Origin: Vulcanimicrobiota bacterium
GTDB lineage: Bacteria > Vulcanimicrobiota > Vulcanimicrobiia > Eremiobacterales > Eremiobacteraceae
Assembly: GCA_963812135.1 (NCBI GenBank)
Contig: CAWETU010000001.1
Span: 1,504,001 to 1,568,000 of the forward strand
Length of the DNA stretch: 64,000 nucleotides
Reading direction: 5' to 3'
Numbering within the stretch: the stretch's first letter is position 1; each line of letters begins with the position of its first letter. This document shows positions 1 through 9,716 of this stretch, piece by piece. The notes beneath the pieces were generated by a model that was not told the origin of the DNA, made no database searches, and saw only the letters and a program-made list of their open reading frames with translations. Position numbers and translations under genes: made by a program.

Positions 1-305
1 ACGGCGCGGAGATCGTGGTCCGCGTCAAAGTGAAACCGATCGCCACGTTGATGCGGCCGCTGGCATCGGTGGATCTCGCGACAGGCGCTCCGGCGCCCGC
101 CGCGATCGTGCGCAGCGACGTCTGCGCGGTGCCGGCCGCATCGGTGATCGGCGAGGCGATGGTGTGTCTCGCATTGGCGGAAGCGCTGTCGGAGAAATAT
201 GGCGGCGACTCCGTCGAGGAAGTGCAGGAACATTTCCAGGCGTCGCAATTGGGCGCGGCGCGCGTGTTCGGTGAGAAAAAGCCGACGAGCCCGCTTCAAC
301 ATTAG
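1..305 (+). CDS. aroC: Chorismate synthase, C-terminal part (starts before the window)
   Basis: KPIATL..RSDVCAVPAASVIGEAM..EKYGGD matches the AroC C-terminus; aroK and aroB lie downstream. Confidence 0.93.
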   Translation, partial: GAEIVVRVKVKPIATLMRPLASVDLATGAPAPAAIVRSDVCAVPAASVIGEAMVCLALAEALSEKYGGDSVEEVQEHFQASQLGAARVFGEKKPTSPLQH

Positions 306-319
306 AGAAGGCGTGCATC

Positions 320-3146
320 GTGGCAGACTCTGGTAAGCCTCCCGCTCCCGATCTCGGCGCCAGCGCCGCGTCGAGCGCCGCCGCGTTTCTCGACGAGGCG
401 CGCGAGAAGCTCCAGGGCAATGACGTTCCCGCTGCGCTGATCTGCCTGCGGACGGTCGCCGGTTTAGCCGGCTGTCCGCCCGAGGCGCGCGTCGACGCCG
501 CCAAAATGCTCGCGCAGGCCGGCGACACGGAAGGCGCCATCGCCGCCTACCTCGAGGCCGGCAAGACGTATCTCAACGTCGCCAAAGACACGGTCAAAGC
601 GCGCCATGCGTTCCAAGCGGGCCACGCGCTCGACGTGCACAACCTCGATATCATCTTCATGCTGGGCCAGGCCGACGTCAACGAAGGACGTCTGCAGGAC
701 GGCTTGGCCAAATTCATCGACGTTTTGCGCAAATCGAATCTCAAACACGTCCCCGCGCTGTTCGCCGCGGGCTGCATCTATCAATCGAACGGCCAGTTCG
801 ACCAGGCGATGCTCGCGTTCAAGAAAGTGCTCGATCGCGAAAAGGAGCACGTCGAAGCGACGGTGCGGATCGGCCAGCTCTATCAGAGCAAAGAGCAGAT
901 GCCCGACGCGATCGGCTATTACATCCAGGCCGCTCAGCTCGCGCGCGAAAGCCAACACTGGGGCACCGCACGCCAGATCGCGAGCATGGTCCAAGCGATC
1001 GATCCGACGAATCAAAAAGCGCGCATGCTGCTCGACGAGCTCGACGAGCAGGGCCACGGCCCCGAAGAGATCTCATCGGACGAGCCCGTCGGCGCCGCGC
1101 CGCCCGCGCCGCCCGCGCAAAGAACAAATCAGGGAGCGCCGGCCGCCGCGCGGCCAAGCGCGCCCGCGCCGGCAGCGGCACAGGCCTCTGGTCGAATGAA
1201 TCCGACCGCTCCAAACGCGGCGCAAACGGCTCGTCCAAGCGCCCCGCCGCCCGCACAGAAGGTCGCGCCTGCGCCGCCGCCAGCCGCAAAGGTCGTCCAG
1301 CCGCCGCCGCCCGCAAAGGTGGTTCAGCCGCCACCCGTCGTCGCGCAAGTCGCCGCAAAGGCGAGCCCGCCGAAGGCTCCGGACGCGCCGCCGGTCGCTG
1401 CCGCAAATGTATCGCAGCCAGCGCCCGGTCGAATAAATTCGACCGCTACAGACGACAAAATAGATTCGACCGCTATGGACGACAAAGCAAATTCGACCGC
1501 GACGAATGCCGCTAAGCCCGCGGACGCGCCGCCGGCCAGCGCGGATCTGGACCGAGCACGACAGATGTTAGCGGCCATCGAGGCGCAGCGCCAGGCCGCT
1601 CAGCAAGATCTGCAGTTGTTGCTGCAGACCCGCGAAGAGCTTCAAAAAGCATTGGGCGAGCAGCGCACGCTTCTCGAAACGGCCACCATGCGCAAGACCG
1701 AGTTGGAGACGAACCTAGCCAACGCGCAGACATCGTTGGAAGAAGCCAAACACGCCCAGGACGTCGCGGTCGCGCAGAGCGGCGAGGGCAAAGAAAAAGC
1801 AGATTCGATGGCCGCGGAACGCGGCGCGCTCGAGAGCGCGCTCGCGTCGCTGCGCACCGAGGCTGACGCGCTGGCGGCTCGGAAGACGGCTGATGAAACC
1901 GCCGTGCGTGAGCTCGCCGCGTTGCGCGATCAGACGGCCGCCGAAGTCGCCGCGTTGACCGCCAAGATGCAAGACGCCAAGAAGTTGACGGACGAACTCG
2001 AGGCCATCCGGACAGCCGCGGGGACCGCCGACGAGCAGGCAGCGCGCGCGCAGACCTTGAGCGCCGAACTCATCGCGCTCGAGGCCAAACGCAGCGCGGG
2101 CCAGAGCGACGTCAGCGCAGCGGAAGAGAACCTCGCCAAGCTGCAGGCGCAGATGGCGCAGGCTCTGAGCGACGCGACTGAGGCGCAGAACGCGAAGACG
2201 AAGGCACAGGGCGAAGCGCAAACGCTTTCGGCGCAGGTCGCTGAGCTCACCGCGACGGTCCAGGATCTCGAACAACGCGCCGCTGCCGGCGCCGCCGCAA
2301 TGCCACCTGCCGCGCCCTGCCGCAGTCCAGGCCAACGTCGGACCGCAAGGCGCGCACGCGCGTGCCGCGGCGCATCTGGCCGCGGGTGAGTACATGAAGG
2401 CCATCGAGGCCTATGGCAACGCGCTGCGCGCGAATCCGCAGGATGCCGCTGCGGCGTACCAGGCGGGTTCGCTGTTGGGCGAACATGGCGCCGACCTTGA
2501 AGGCGCCGAGCGCCTGCTCGTCCAGGCCGCGGAGCTGCGGCCAGACCATGCTGCGACGCGCTTCCAGCTCGCGGTCGTCAAAGCGCGACGCGGCGGCGTG
2601 GTCGAAGGCGCCGAGATGCTCAGCGCACTGGCGCGCGCCGACGCGAACAACGGCGACTTCGTCGATCAATTCATCGAGCGCATGGAGAAGGACGCCGCCG
2701 GCGGCGACCTCGGTGCCAAGTATCGTTTGGGTCTCGCCTATCGCGAGCTCGGGCGCATCGAAGAGGCGCTCGTCGCGCTCCAAGGGATCCAACACGAACC
2801 GGACATGGTGGTGCCGTGTCTGATCGCGATCGGCTCGTGCTTGCGCCGCCAAGGCCTTGACGGCGCCGCGGCAAAGCGCTTCGCGAAGGCCGTCGAGACG
2901 CCGGGCTATCCCGAGGGGCTGTACCTCGAAGCGCTCTACAACCTGGGCGACCTGTACGAGGCCAAGGGCACGCAAGAATCGCTCGCGTTAGCGCTCTCGT
3001 CATTCGAAGAGCTCTACGCGCGTGACTGCACCTATCGCGATATCGGCGAGCGCGTGCGGGTCGTGAAGACCAATCTCGGGTCCACGGAGCGCCAGAAAGT
3101 CAAACGCTTGCCCACGCGCATGGCGGACAGCCAGGGCAATCAGTGA
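320..3146 (+). CDS. Large TPR protein: N-terminal TPRs, Pro/Ala linker, coiled coil, C-terminal TPRs. Split into ORFs 320-2389 and 2394-3146 by one extra base near 2316
   Basis: TPR-like helical repeats in both ORFs; removing one C from gcgccctgcc gives an open read-through APAAVQANVGPQGAHARAAAHLAAGEYMKAIEAY. Confidence 0.75.
1190..1212 (-). repeat. REP-like palindrome, family A copy 1 (GGAG-C-GGTCGGAT-TC-ATTCGACC), in frame in the TPR gene
   Basis: + strand ggtcgaatgaatccgaccgctcc; 21/23 identical to the copy at 58908. Confidence 0.7.
1427..1449 (-). repeat. REP-like palindrome, family A copy 2 (GTAG-C-GGTCGAAT-TT-ATTCGACC), in frame in the TPR gene
   Basis: Perfect inverted repeat cggtcgaat-aa-attcgaccg followed by ctac. 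Confidence 0.75.
1436..1503 (+). repeat. 27-bp in-frame tandem repeat, about 2.5 copies, made of the REP half-palindrome plus flank
   Basis: Units start at 1436, 1463 and 1490 and encode NSTATDDKI/DSTAMDDKA/NSTAT. Confidence 0.8.
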
Positions 3147-3946
3147 TGGCACGCCGCGCGATCGCCGGTGAGCTGCGCAAGAAAGCGCAGACGCACCACC
3201 GGCGCAAGGGGCTCGGCGAGGCGCTGCCGCTCTATGCGGAGGCGGCACGCGCGCTCGAGGCCGAGAGCAAGACCGAGGAAGCGATCGAGATGCTCACCGC
3301 GGCGCTGTCGACGCCGGGCCAACATTCGGACGCTGCCTCGCACCAGCAACGCGATCTGCGCCGCATGCTCGCCTCGATGCTCGCGCGCACGCGGCGTATC
3401 GGCGATGCCATCGGCGAATACGAAGAGCTCCTCAAAGTCGGCACACCGGATTCGCAATCGCTCCAGGCGCTCGCGCAGCTGTACGTCGTAGCCGGCAAGA
3501 CGAATCTCGCGACCGATCGACTTCGACGCGCGATCGATCGCAGCATCGCAGAGGGCGATATCGTGGAGGCGTCGCGCGCGGCCGGGCGCCTGGCAGAGCT
3601 GTTGCCCGACTCGCTCGAAGCGGCGGTGCAGCACGCCTCGCTGCTGCGCAACGTCGGCGACGACGGTCTGGTCGGCGCGCTCGAGCGGCTGAAGCTGATG
3701 TACCAAGCCGCCGAGAAGCTATCGCTCGAAGTGTCGGTCTGCCGTGAAATCCTTGAGATGAAGCCGGGTCGAGACGACGTCAAGCGCCGCCTCGCAAGCC
3801 TGTATACGCGCATCCTTGAGATGGACCCGCACGACGACGACGCATGGCAGGGCCTGCGCGTCGTCGACCCGGAGCTCGCCGAGCAGATCGCGGTCCTGCT
3901 CATGGACGAGTTGACCGAGAAGCACGCACGCTCGAAAGCCGGCTGA
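3143..3946 (+). CDS. TPR-repeat protein
   Basis: Helical TPR-like repeats (DAIGEYEELLK, LAQLYVVAG, LASLYTRILEMDP); 4-bp overlap with the upstream gene. Confidence 0.75.
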   Translation: MMARRAIAGELRKKAQTHHRRKGLGEALPLYAEAARALEAESKTEEAIEMLTAALSTPGQHSDAASHQQRDLRRMLASMLARTRRIGDAIGEYEELLKVGTPDSQSLQALAQLYVVAGKTNLATDRLRRAIDRSIAEGDIVEASRAAGRLAELLPDSLEAAVQHASLLRNVGDDGLVGALERLKLMYQAAEKLSLEVSVCREILEMKPGRDDVKRRLASLYTRILEMDPHDDDAWQGLRVVDPELAEQIAVLLMDELTEKHARSKAG

Positions 3947-4000
3947 TCCCATGCCGCGCTTGCGGGACTCCATGGCCGGTCGCGAGAAGTCCGACCCCTA

Positions 4001-4585
4001 GTGTACGCCAAGCGCAAGAGACCCTTCTCGACGCTGCAGTTCACGCTGACCGTCATCCTGGTCGCGCTGTTGTTCGTGCTGGCCCTGGCGGCGATCACGC
4101 GCGAGGCGGTCGGCGAACCGCTCCTCCCGCCGGAGGTGGTCGAGCTCTTCCGCAAATCGCCGCCGCAGCTGCCGCAAGGCTTCACCTACGACTTTGAAGT
4201 GCTCGATCCCGTGACGCAGCACCCGCTCACGCAGCTGCCCCCTGAAGGCATCGTCCAATTGCGCCTGGCGATCACCAACGCATCGCCGCTGCCCGACACG
4301 CTCGAGTTCCCGACGTCGCTGCAATGCGAGTTCATCTCGCGCCGCGTCGCATCGCTGCTCGGCGGACTGTTCGTGTTCCCGCTCGAGGTATGGCGCTCGT
4401 CGTATTTCCACAACATCTCGCACAAACCGACGACGCTGCTCTTCAAGCCCGGTGAGACCAAAGTGTTCACGGCGTTATGGGGTTTCAAACAATCCGGCGA
4501 CCTCGGCGCGGCAGCCGGCGACTACCGCCTGCTCGCGAAGTTCTACGGGGCGACGTTTCCGATCCGCATTCAAAAACCGCAGTAG
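4001..4585 (+). CDS. Membrane-anchored protein with a BsuPI-like (intracellular proteinase inhibitor-like) Ig domain
   Basis: N-terminal TM helix; LAITN..TLEFPTS..VWRSS..FKPGETKVFTALW..AGDYRLLA pattern resembles BsuPI. Confidence 0.6.
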   Translation: MYAKRKRPFSTLQFTLTVILVALLFVLALAAITREAVGEPLLPPEVVELFRKSPPQLPQGFTYDFEVLDPVTQHPLTQLPPEGIVQLRLAITNASPLPDTLEFPTSLQCEFISRRVASLLGGLFVFPLEVWRSSYFHNISHKPTTLLFKPGETKVFTALWGFKQSGDLGAAAGDYRLLAKFYGATFPIRIQKPQ

Positions 4586-4592
4586 TCCGCGC

Positions 4593-5117
4593 ATGAACCT
4601 CGCGCTCATCGGCTTCATGGGCGCCGGCAAGACCACCGTGGGGCGCCGGCTGGCGCGCATGACAGGCATGGACTTCGTCGACAGCGACGCCGAGATCACA
4701 CGCCTCCATGGTCCGATCCCCGAGATCTTCGCCAACCAAGGCGAGGCGCAATTCCGGGCGTACGAACGCGAGGCGCTCGAGCGGTCGTGCGCGGGCGAGT
4801 CGTGCGTCATCGCGGTCGGCGGCGGCGCCGTGCTCGACGCGGGCAATCGCGCGCTGCTTCGGCGCCGATGCCTGGTCGTGCATCTCGCGATCTCGCCCGA
4901 GGCGGCGCACGCGCGCGTCGCCCATCGTTCGCATCGGCCGCTGCTCGGTGAGACGCCGAGCTTGGAGCGGGTGCGCGAGTTGCTGGCAGAGCGAGCCGAC
5001 GCATACGCGGACAGCGACTTGCGGATCGCGGTGGATGACTCGACCGCGGGAAGAGTCGCCGGCACGATCGCTCGCTGGTATCGTGCGCGCAGCGGCGGGG
5101 CGGAGCATTTGCGTTGA
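4593..5117 (+). CDS. aroK: Shikimate kinase
   Basis: LIGFMGAGKTTVG, FVDSD, GEAQFRAYE, VGGGAV and RPLL motifs. Confidence 0.95.
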   Translation: MNLALIGFMGAGKTTVGRRLARMTGMDFVDSDAEITRLHGPIPEIFANQGEAQFRAYEREALERSCAGESCVIAVGGGAVLDAGNRALLRRRCLVVHLAISPEAAHARVAHRSHRPLLGETPSLERVRELLAERADAYADSDLRIAVDDSTAGRVAGTIARWYRARSGGAEHLR

Positions 5118-6202
5118 GCGATATCATCCTCGACGGCCTGCGGTATCCCGTCGTCATGAGCGACGACGCGCCGGCGCGAGTCGCGACTGCGCTCGCGGGT
5201 GCGCCGTCGGTCGCGATCGTCTACGACGCTCGCGTCGCTGCTCGTCGCGCTGCGATCGAAGCGGCGGTGGCGGCGTCGGGCGTGAACGTCATCGGGGCGC
5301 TCGAGCTGCGCGGCGGCGAGCGCGTGAAGCGCACGCGCAGCCTCGAGGAGCTGTGGCGCTGGCTGGTCGAGCGACGGGCAGACCGGCAAACGGTGCTGGT
5401 CGCCGTCGGTGGCGGCACGATCACCGACCTGGCCGGATTGGCCGCGGCGACGTTCATGCGCGGCATCGCTTGGGTCGCGGTCCCCACGACCATTCTGGGG
5501 ATGGCGGACGCGGCGATCGGCGGCAAGACCGCGATCGACCTGGCCGAAGGCAAGAACCTCGTCGGGGCGTTTTGGGAGCCGCGCGCAGTCGTTGGTGACT
5601 TTGCGGCGCTCGACACGCTGCCCCGGCGCGAGCGGGCGACCGGCATGGCGGAGATCGTCAAAGCGGCCGTCATCGGCGACCCGGCATTGCTCGATGAGAT
5701 AGGGCGCCGGCGGCCGGCGCGGGCAGCCGACGATGCCTTGCGCGAGGCGATCGTGCGCGCAGCTCAGGTGAAGATCGGGATCGTCGCCGGCGACCTGCGC
5801 GAGGCGGGCGCGCGCGAAGCGCTCAATCTCGGCCATACCATCGGCCACGCGCTCGAGCATACGGCGCATCGCGCGATGCCGCACGGCCACGCGGTCTCGA
5901 TCGGGCTGCGCGGCGAAGGGCTGCTCGCGCTGGCTTCCGGAAGATTCTCACGGCCCGAACACGCGCGGGTATTGCAGGCGCTGCGCCGGGCAAAGCTGCC
6001 GCTGTACGAGGCGTCGATCGACGTGGACGCCGCGTTGCGCGCGATGGAGCTGGACAAGAAGCGGCGCGATGGCCAGATCCGCTTCGCGCTGCCCGAACGT
6101 CTCGGCCACGTGGTGACTGCAGTGGCGCTCGACCCGGTTGCGGTCCGCGCGGCCGTCGCACAATGCGCGACGGCACCGCAAGCCGAAGAACTGGGAGAGT
6201 GA
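5114..6202 (+). CDS. aroB: 3-dehydroquinate synthase
   Basis: VGGGTITDLAG, VPTT, DAAIGGKT, KNLVGAF, LNLGHTIGHALE and DKK motifs. Confidence 0.96.
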   Translation: MSDIILDGLRYPVVMSDDAPARVATALAGAPSVAIVYDARVAARRAAIEAAVAASGVNVIGALELRGGERVKRTRSLEELWRWLVERRADRQTVLVAVGGGTITDLAGLAAATFMRGIAWVAVPTTILGMADAAIGGKTAIDLAEGKNLVGAFWEPRAVVGDFAALDTLPRRERATGMAEIVKAAVIGDPALLDEIGRRRPARAADDALREAIVRAAQVKIGIVAGDLREAGAREALNLGHTIGHALEHTAHRAMPHGHAVSIGLRGEGLLALASGRFSRPEHARVLQALRRAKLPLYEASIDVDAALRAMELDKKRRDGQIRFALPERLGHVVTAVALDPVAVRAAVAQCATAPQAEELGE

Positions 6203-8589
6203 ACGAGCGCATCTGCGTGGACGTCGTGGTGGACGTCCCAAGCTCCCAAGTCGACCGCGCCTATACGTATCTGACAGACGGCCACGCGCCGTCGCTCGGC
6301 GCGAAAGTGCGTGTGCCGTTCGGCGGGCGCGTCGTCGGCGGCTGGGTGATCAGCGAACCGGTCCACCTGCCTGGTGAAGACGGCGAGCTCAAGCCGATCG
6401 CCGCGATCGAGGATCCGGCCTCGCAGTTCGGCGCCGAGGCGGTGCGTCTGGCCGCGTGGCTTCGCCGGCGCTACGCGTGCACGTTCCGCGAAGCGCTCAG
6501 CGCAGTCGCGCCGCGAACGCTTGCCGGCGGTGACCGCTCGGCATTCGCTTTTGCAAAGCCTCCGTTGCCGGGCGACCGGATCGGTGTGATGCTCCATCGC
6601 GCGTTCGGCGAGCGGCCGTTCAGCGCGCTCGCCGCGTCGCGCGCGGCCGCTCGCGCGAAGCTGCGCATGCCGGCCGCCCGACTGGGCGCGGAACTTGCCG
6701 GCCTTGTCCGGCGAGGTATCCTCACACGCTCATCGGGGAAAGGCGCGGGCGCCACCAAACCGACGCAACGGCCGCAAATCGCGGTGCTCGTCGACGCTGG
6801 GTCAGCCCGCGGAAAAGTGCAGCAGCGGCTGGTGGACGCGCTCGCGCAAGCCGAGGGCCGGCTGCCGTTAGCGGAGGCGCGCCGCCGCGCCGGGGCATCG
6901 GCCGACGTCATCCGCCGCGCGGCACGCGCCGGCACGATCAGAATAGAAGAAGAAGCGCGTGACGTCACGCCCGCGGCATGGGCCACGGGCGCCCCCTTCA
7001 CGCCGACCTCGGAACAGCGCCACGCCATCGAGACCATCGACGAACTCGCGCGCGGCGAGGGCGGCGTCGCCTTGCTGCATGGCGTCACCGGGTCGGGCAA
7101 GACATTCGTGTATTCAAGACTCGTCGACCGCGTCCGCGAACGCGGCGGCCGTGCCATCGTCCTCGTGCCCGAGATCGCACTCACGCCGCAGACGGCGTCG
7201 CGCTTTCGCGCGATCTTCGGTTCGCGCGTCGGCGTGCTGCACAGCGGCCTGTCCGCCGGCGACCGCGCACGCGTGTGGGAAGACGCTGCGGCCGGCGAGC
7301 TTGACGTCGTCGTCGGCGCCCGGTCTGCGGTGTTCGCGCCGTTGCCGCAGCTACGCCTGATCGTCGTCGACGAAGAGCACGAACCTTCATACAAGCAGGA
7401 CGTCGCGCCGCGCTACGACGCGGCGGCCGTCGCACGCGAGCGCATGCGCGGCGCCGGCGGCGTCGTGGTGCTCGGCAGCGCGACTCCGAGCCTCGAGACC
7501 TACTGGGAAGCGCAATCGGGCACGATCGCCTACGTGCCGATGCGCACCCGCGCCACCGAGGCGCCGTTGCCTCCGGTGGACATCGTCGATCTGACCGGCC
7601 AGCATGGCCCCAGCAAAGGCAGGGCGATCGGCCCGGCCTTGCTCGAGGCGATGGAGCGCGCGCTCACGCGCGGCGAAAAGGTGCTGCTGTTCGTGAACCG
7701 GCGCGGCTATGCCGGCGTGCTGCTGTGCCGGGCGTGCGGTTTCGCGCCGCGCTGCAAACGTTGCGCGGTTTCGCTCGTCATGCATTCGGCTGACGGTTCG
7801 CTGCGCTGCCATATCTGCGGCGACGCGTTCCGCATCCCCACCGCGTGCCCGAAATGCTCGGCCCTCGATCTGCGGCCCTACGGCTTCGGCACGCAACGGG
7901 TCGAGGAAGAGATCGCAGAACTGCTGCCGAGCGCCAAGGTGGTCCGGATGGATTCGGATACGACTGGTGCCCGCGGCTCGCACGCGCGCCTGCTCGACTC
8001 CTTCGGCAGCGACGCGAACGTGCTCGTCGGCACGCAGATGGTCGCCAAAGGATTGGATTTTCCGACGGTCACCCTGGTCGGCGTCGTATCGGCAGACCTG
8101 GACCTCAACCGTCCGGATTTCCGCGCGGCCGAGCGCACCTTCGCGCTGCTCACGCAAGTCGCCGGCCGCGCGGGCCGCGCGGCGCCCGGCAGCCGCGTCA
8201 TCGTCCAGACCTACTCACCGCAGCACTATGCCGTGCGGCTCGCCGCGACGCACGACTACGAGGCGTTCGCGAAGAAGGAGCTCGGACTGCGTCAGGAGCT
8301 GCGCTATCCGCCGTTCGGCCGGCTCGCGTACGTCGGCGTCTCCGGTGTCGACCTCAAAGCGGTCAGCGCGACGGCGGAGCGGATCGCCGCGTCGTTGCGC
8401 GCGCAAGCGCCAGGCGTCGAAACGCTCGGACCCGCCCCCGATCCGCTGCCGAAGGCGCGGGGTGAGTATCGTTTTCGGGTGGCGTTGAAAGCGGCGAGCG
8501 AAGAAGCGCTGCTCGACGCGTGCGCGCTCGTCGCGACCTTGGCGCGCAGTCGCGATGCGCGCGTCAGCGTCGTCGTGGACCCGCGCTAG
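6199..8589 (+). CDS. priA: Primosomal protein N' (replication restart helicase)
   Basis: HGVTGSGKT, VPEIALTPQ, DEEH, zinc-finger CxxC pairs, GTQMVAKGLDF, QVAGRAGR. Confidence 0.96.
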   Translation: MNERICVDVVVDVPSSQVDRAYTYLTDGHAPSLGAKVRVPFGGRVVGGWVISEPVHLPGEDGELKPIAAIEDPASQFGAEAVRLAAWLRRRYACTFREALSAVAPRTLAGGDRSAFAFAKPPLPGDRIGVMLHRAFGERPFSALAASRAAARAKLRMPAARLGAELAGLVRRGILTRSSGKGAGATKPTQRPQIAVLVDAGSARGKVQQRLVDALAQAEGRLPLAEARRRAGASADVIRRAARAGTIRIEEEARDVTPAAWATGAPFTPTSEQRHAIETIDELARGEGGVALLHGVTGSGKTFVYSRLVDRVRERGGRAIVLVPEIALTPQTASRFRAIFGSRVGVLHSGLSAGDRARVWEDAAAGELDVVVGARSAVFAPLPQLRLIVVDEEHEPSYKQDVAPRYDAAAVARERMRGAGGVVVLGSATPSLETYWEAQSGTIAYVPMRTRATEAPLPPVDIVDLTGQHGPSKGRAIGPALLEAMERALTRGEKVLLFVNRRGYAGVLLCRACGFAPRCKRCAVSLVMHSADGSLRCHICGDAFRIPTACPKCSALDLRPYGFGTQRVEEEIAELLPSAKVVRMDSDTTGARGSHARLLDSFGSDANVLVGTQMVAKGLDFPTVTLVGVVSADLDLNRPDFRAAERTFALLTQVAGRAGRAAPGSRVIVQTYSPQHYAVRLAATHDYEAFAKKELGLRQELRYPPFGRLAYVGVSGVDLKAVSATAERIAASLRAQAPGVETLGPAPDPLPKARGEYRFRVALKAASEEALLDACALVATLARSRDARVSVVVDPR

Positions 8590-9354
8590 TCAGAAGGAAG
8601 CGCCGAGGCCGACCTGCAGCGCGCTTAGCGACGTCGGCGACGAGTTTTGATTCGGATAGCCGAGGTACTCGTACCCGAGCCGGAACAGCAGCCCTGATTT
8701 GCCCGGGCGCACGACGATGCCGGCGTTCGCGGCCGTGATGCCGGCGGTGCCGCCCAACATGCGCGCCGACGGATAATAGAAGACGCCGCCATACGGTGAC
8801 ACCGGGTGCCGGAAGTCCGGCAAGAAGACGGCTGCGACGCCGACCGAGTTCGCGGACGTATTGCCTGACGAGCGCTGCCACGAGCCGTAACCGACACCGA
8901 GGGCGGCGCGGCCGCCGCCGGGCATGTAGAGCAGCGCGCCTTCGCTCAGATTGACGACTGGGTTGTCGCCGCCATGGATCGAGTAATCATGGAAGCGCAG
9001 CAGCGCGGCGTAGGTGCTGGAGAACCTGCCGGTGACCTCGGCGTTAAATCCTGATGCGTTCGACGCGGGAAACGGCGACGGTGGGGCGGTCGTCGCGATG
9101 CGCGGTGGGATCACGCCGCCCGCGGCGCTCCCTGACCCGTAGCCGAGAATCACGTACCCATTGCCGATCGGCCCGGGGGTGCCGGTCGGCGTCGGGCTTG
9201 CGAAGGGGTTTGTCGACGGAGGCGAAGCGCTGCCGCTGGGTGCGGGCGTTGATTGCGGCCCGGTGCTGTTCTGCTGGCCGCCTGCAGCGCCCAACGCGGC
9301 CATCGCCGGCAGCAACGCCGCGGCGAGAGCGCAGACGATGAGGGGAACGCGCAA
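8590..9354 (-). CDS. Secreted protein, probable small outer-membrane beta-barrel
   Basis: Signal peptide, Pro/Ser/Thr linker, amphipathic beta-strands, C-terminal QVGLGASF. Confidence 0.6.
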   Translation of the reverse strand: MRVPLIVCALAAALLPAMAALGAAGGQQNSTGPQSTPAPSGSASPPSTNPFASPTPTGTPGPIGNGYVILGYGSGSAAGGVIPPRIATTAPPSPFPASNASGFNAEVTGRFSSTYAALLRFHDYSIHGGDNPVVNLSEGALLYMPGGGRAALGVGYGSWQRSSGNTSANSVGVAAVFLPDFRHPVSPYGGVFYYPSARMLGGTAGITAANAGIVVRPGKSGLLFRLGYEYLGYPNQNSSPTSLSALQVGLGASF

Positions 9355-9356
9355 GT

Positions 9357-9605
9357 TCAGCGTTTGGCTGTTGCGGCGGCGCGCTTGGCGAGCCGCGATT
9401 TCTTGCGATTGGCCTTGTTCTTATGGATGATGCCGCGCGCGGCGGCCTTGTCATGCACGGAGGCAGAAGCCTTGACGTTCGCGCTGGTGGGGTCATCGAC
9501 GGCCTTCTTATAAGCCGACTTCAGACCGCTCTTAACCGCGAGGTTTCGTTTTTGACGCTTTTCTGAGGCGCGCGTCCATTTCTTGGCCGATTTGATGTTG
9601 GGCAC
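9357..9605 (-). CDS. rpsT: 30S ribosomal protein S20
   Basis: (GTG)PNIKSAKK..DKAAARGIIHKNKANRKKSRL. Confidence 0.96.
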   Translation of the reverse strand: MPNIKSAKKWTRASEKRQKRNLAVKSGLKSAYKKAVDDPTSANVKASASVHDKAAARGIIHKNKANRKKSRLAKRAAATAKR

Positions 9606-9716
9606 GTGTTGAAGACTCCTTGTCGATTGCAAAAGACGCTAAATGATAGCACGAAACGAGCGCATGCGGCAAGGGTAGGCGCGGGGACATGCGCGATGCA
9701 TGAGGAAAACGTCGCT

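Noticed and set aside
1250..1340. Repeated KVVQPPP/KVAPAPPP units
   Set aside because: Ordinary low-complexity coding repeats in a Pro-rich linker, with no palindrome or spacer structure
1436..1503. Possible mini-CRISPR array
   Set aside because: Units are contiguous 27-bp tandem copies without unique spacers, and there are no cas genes
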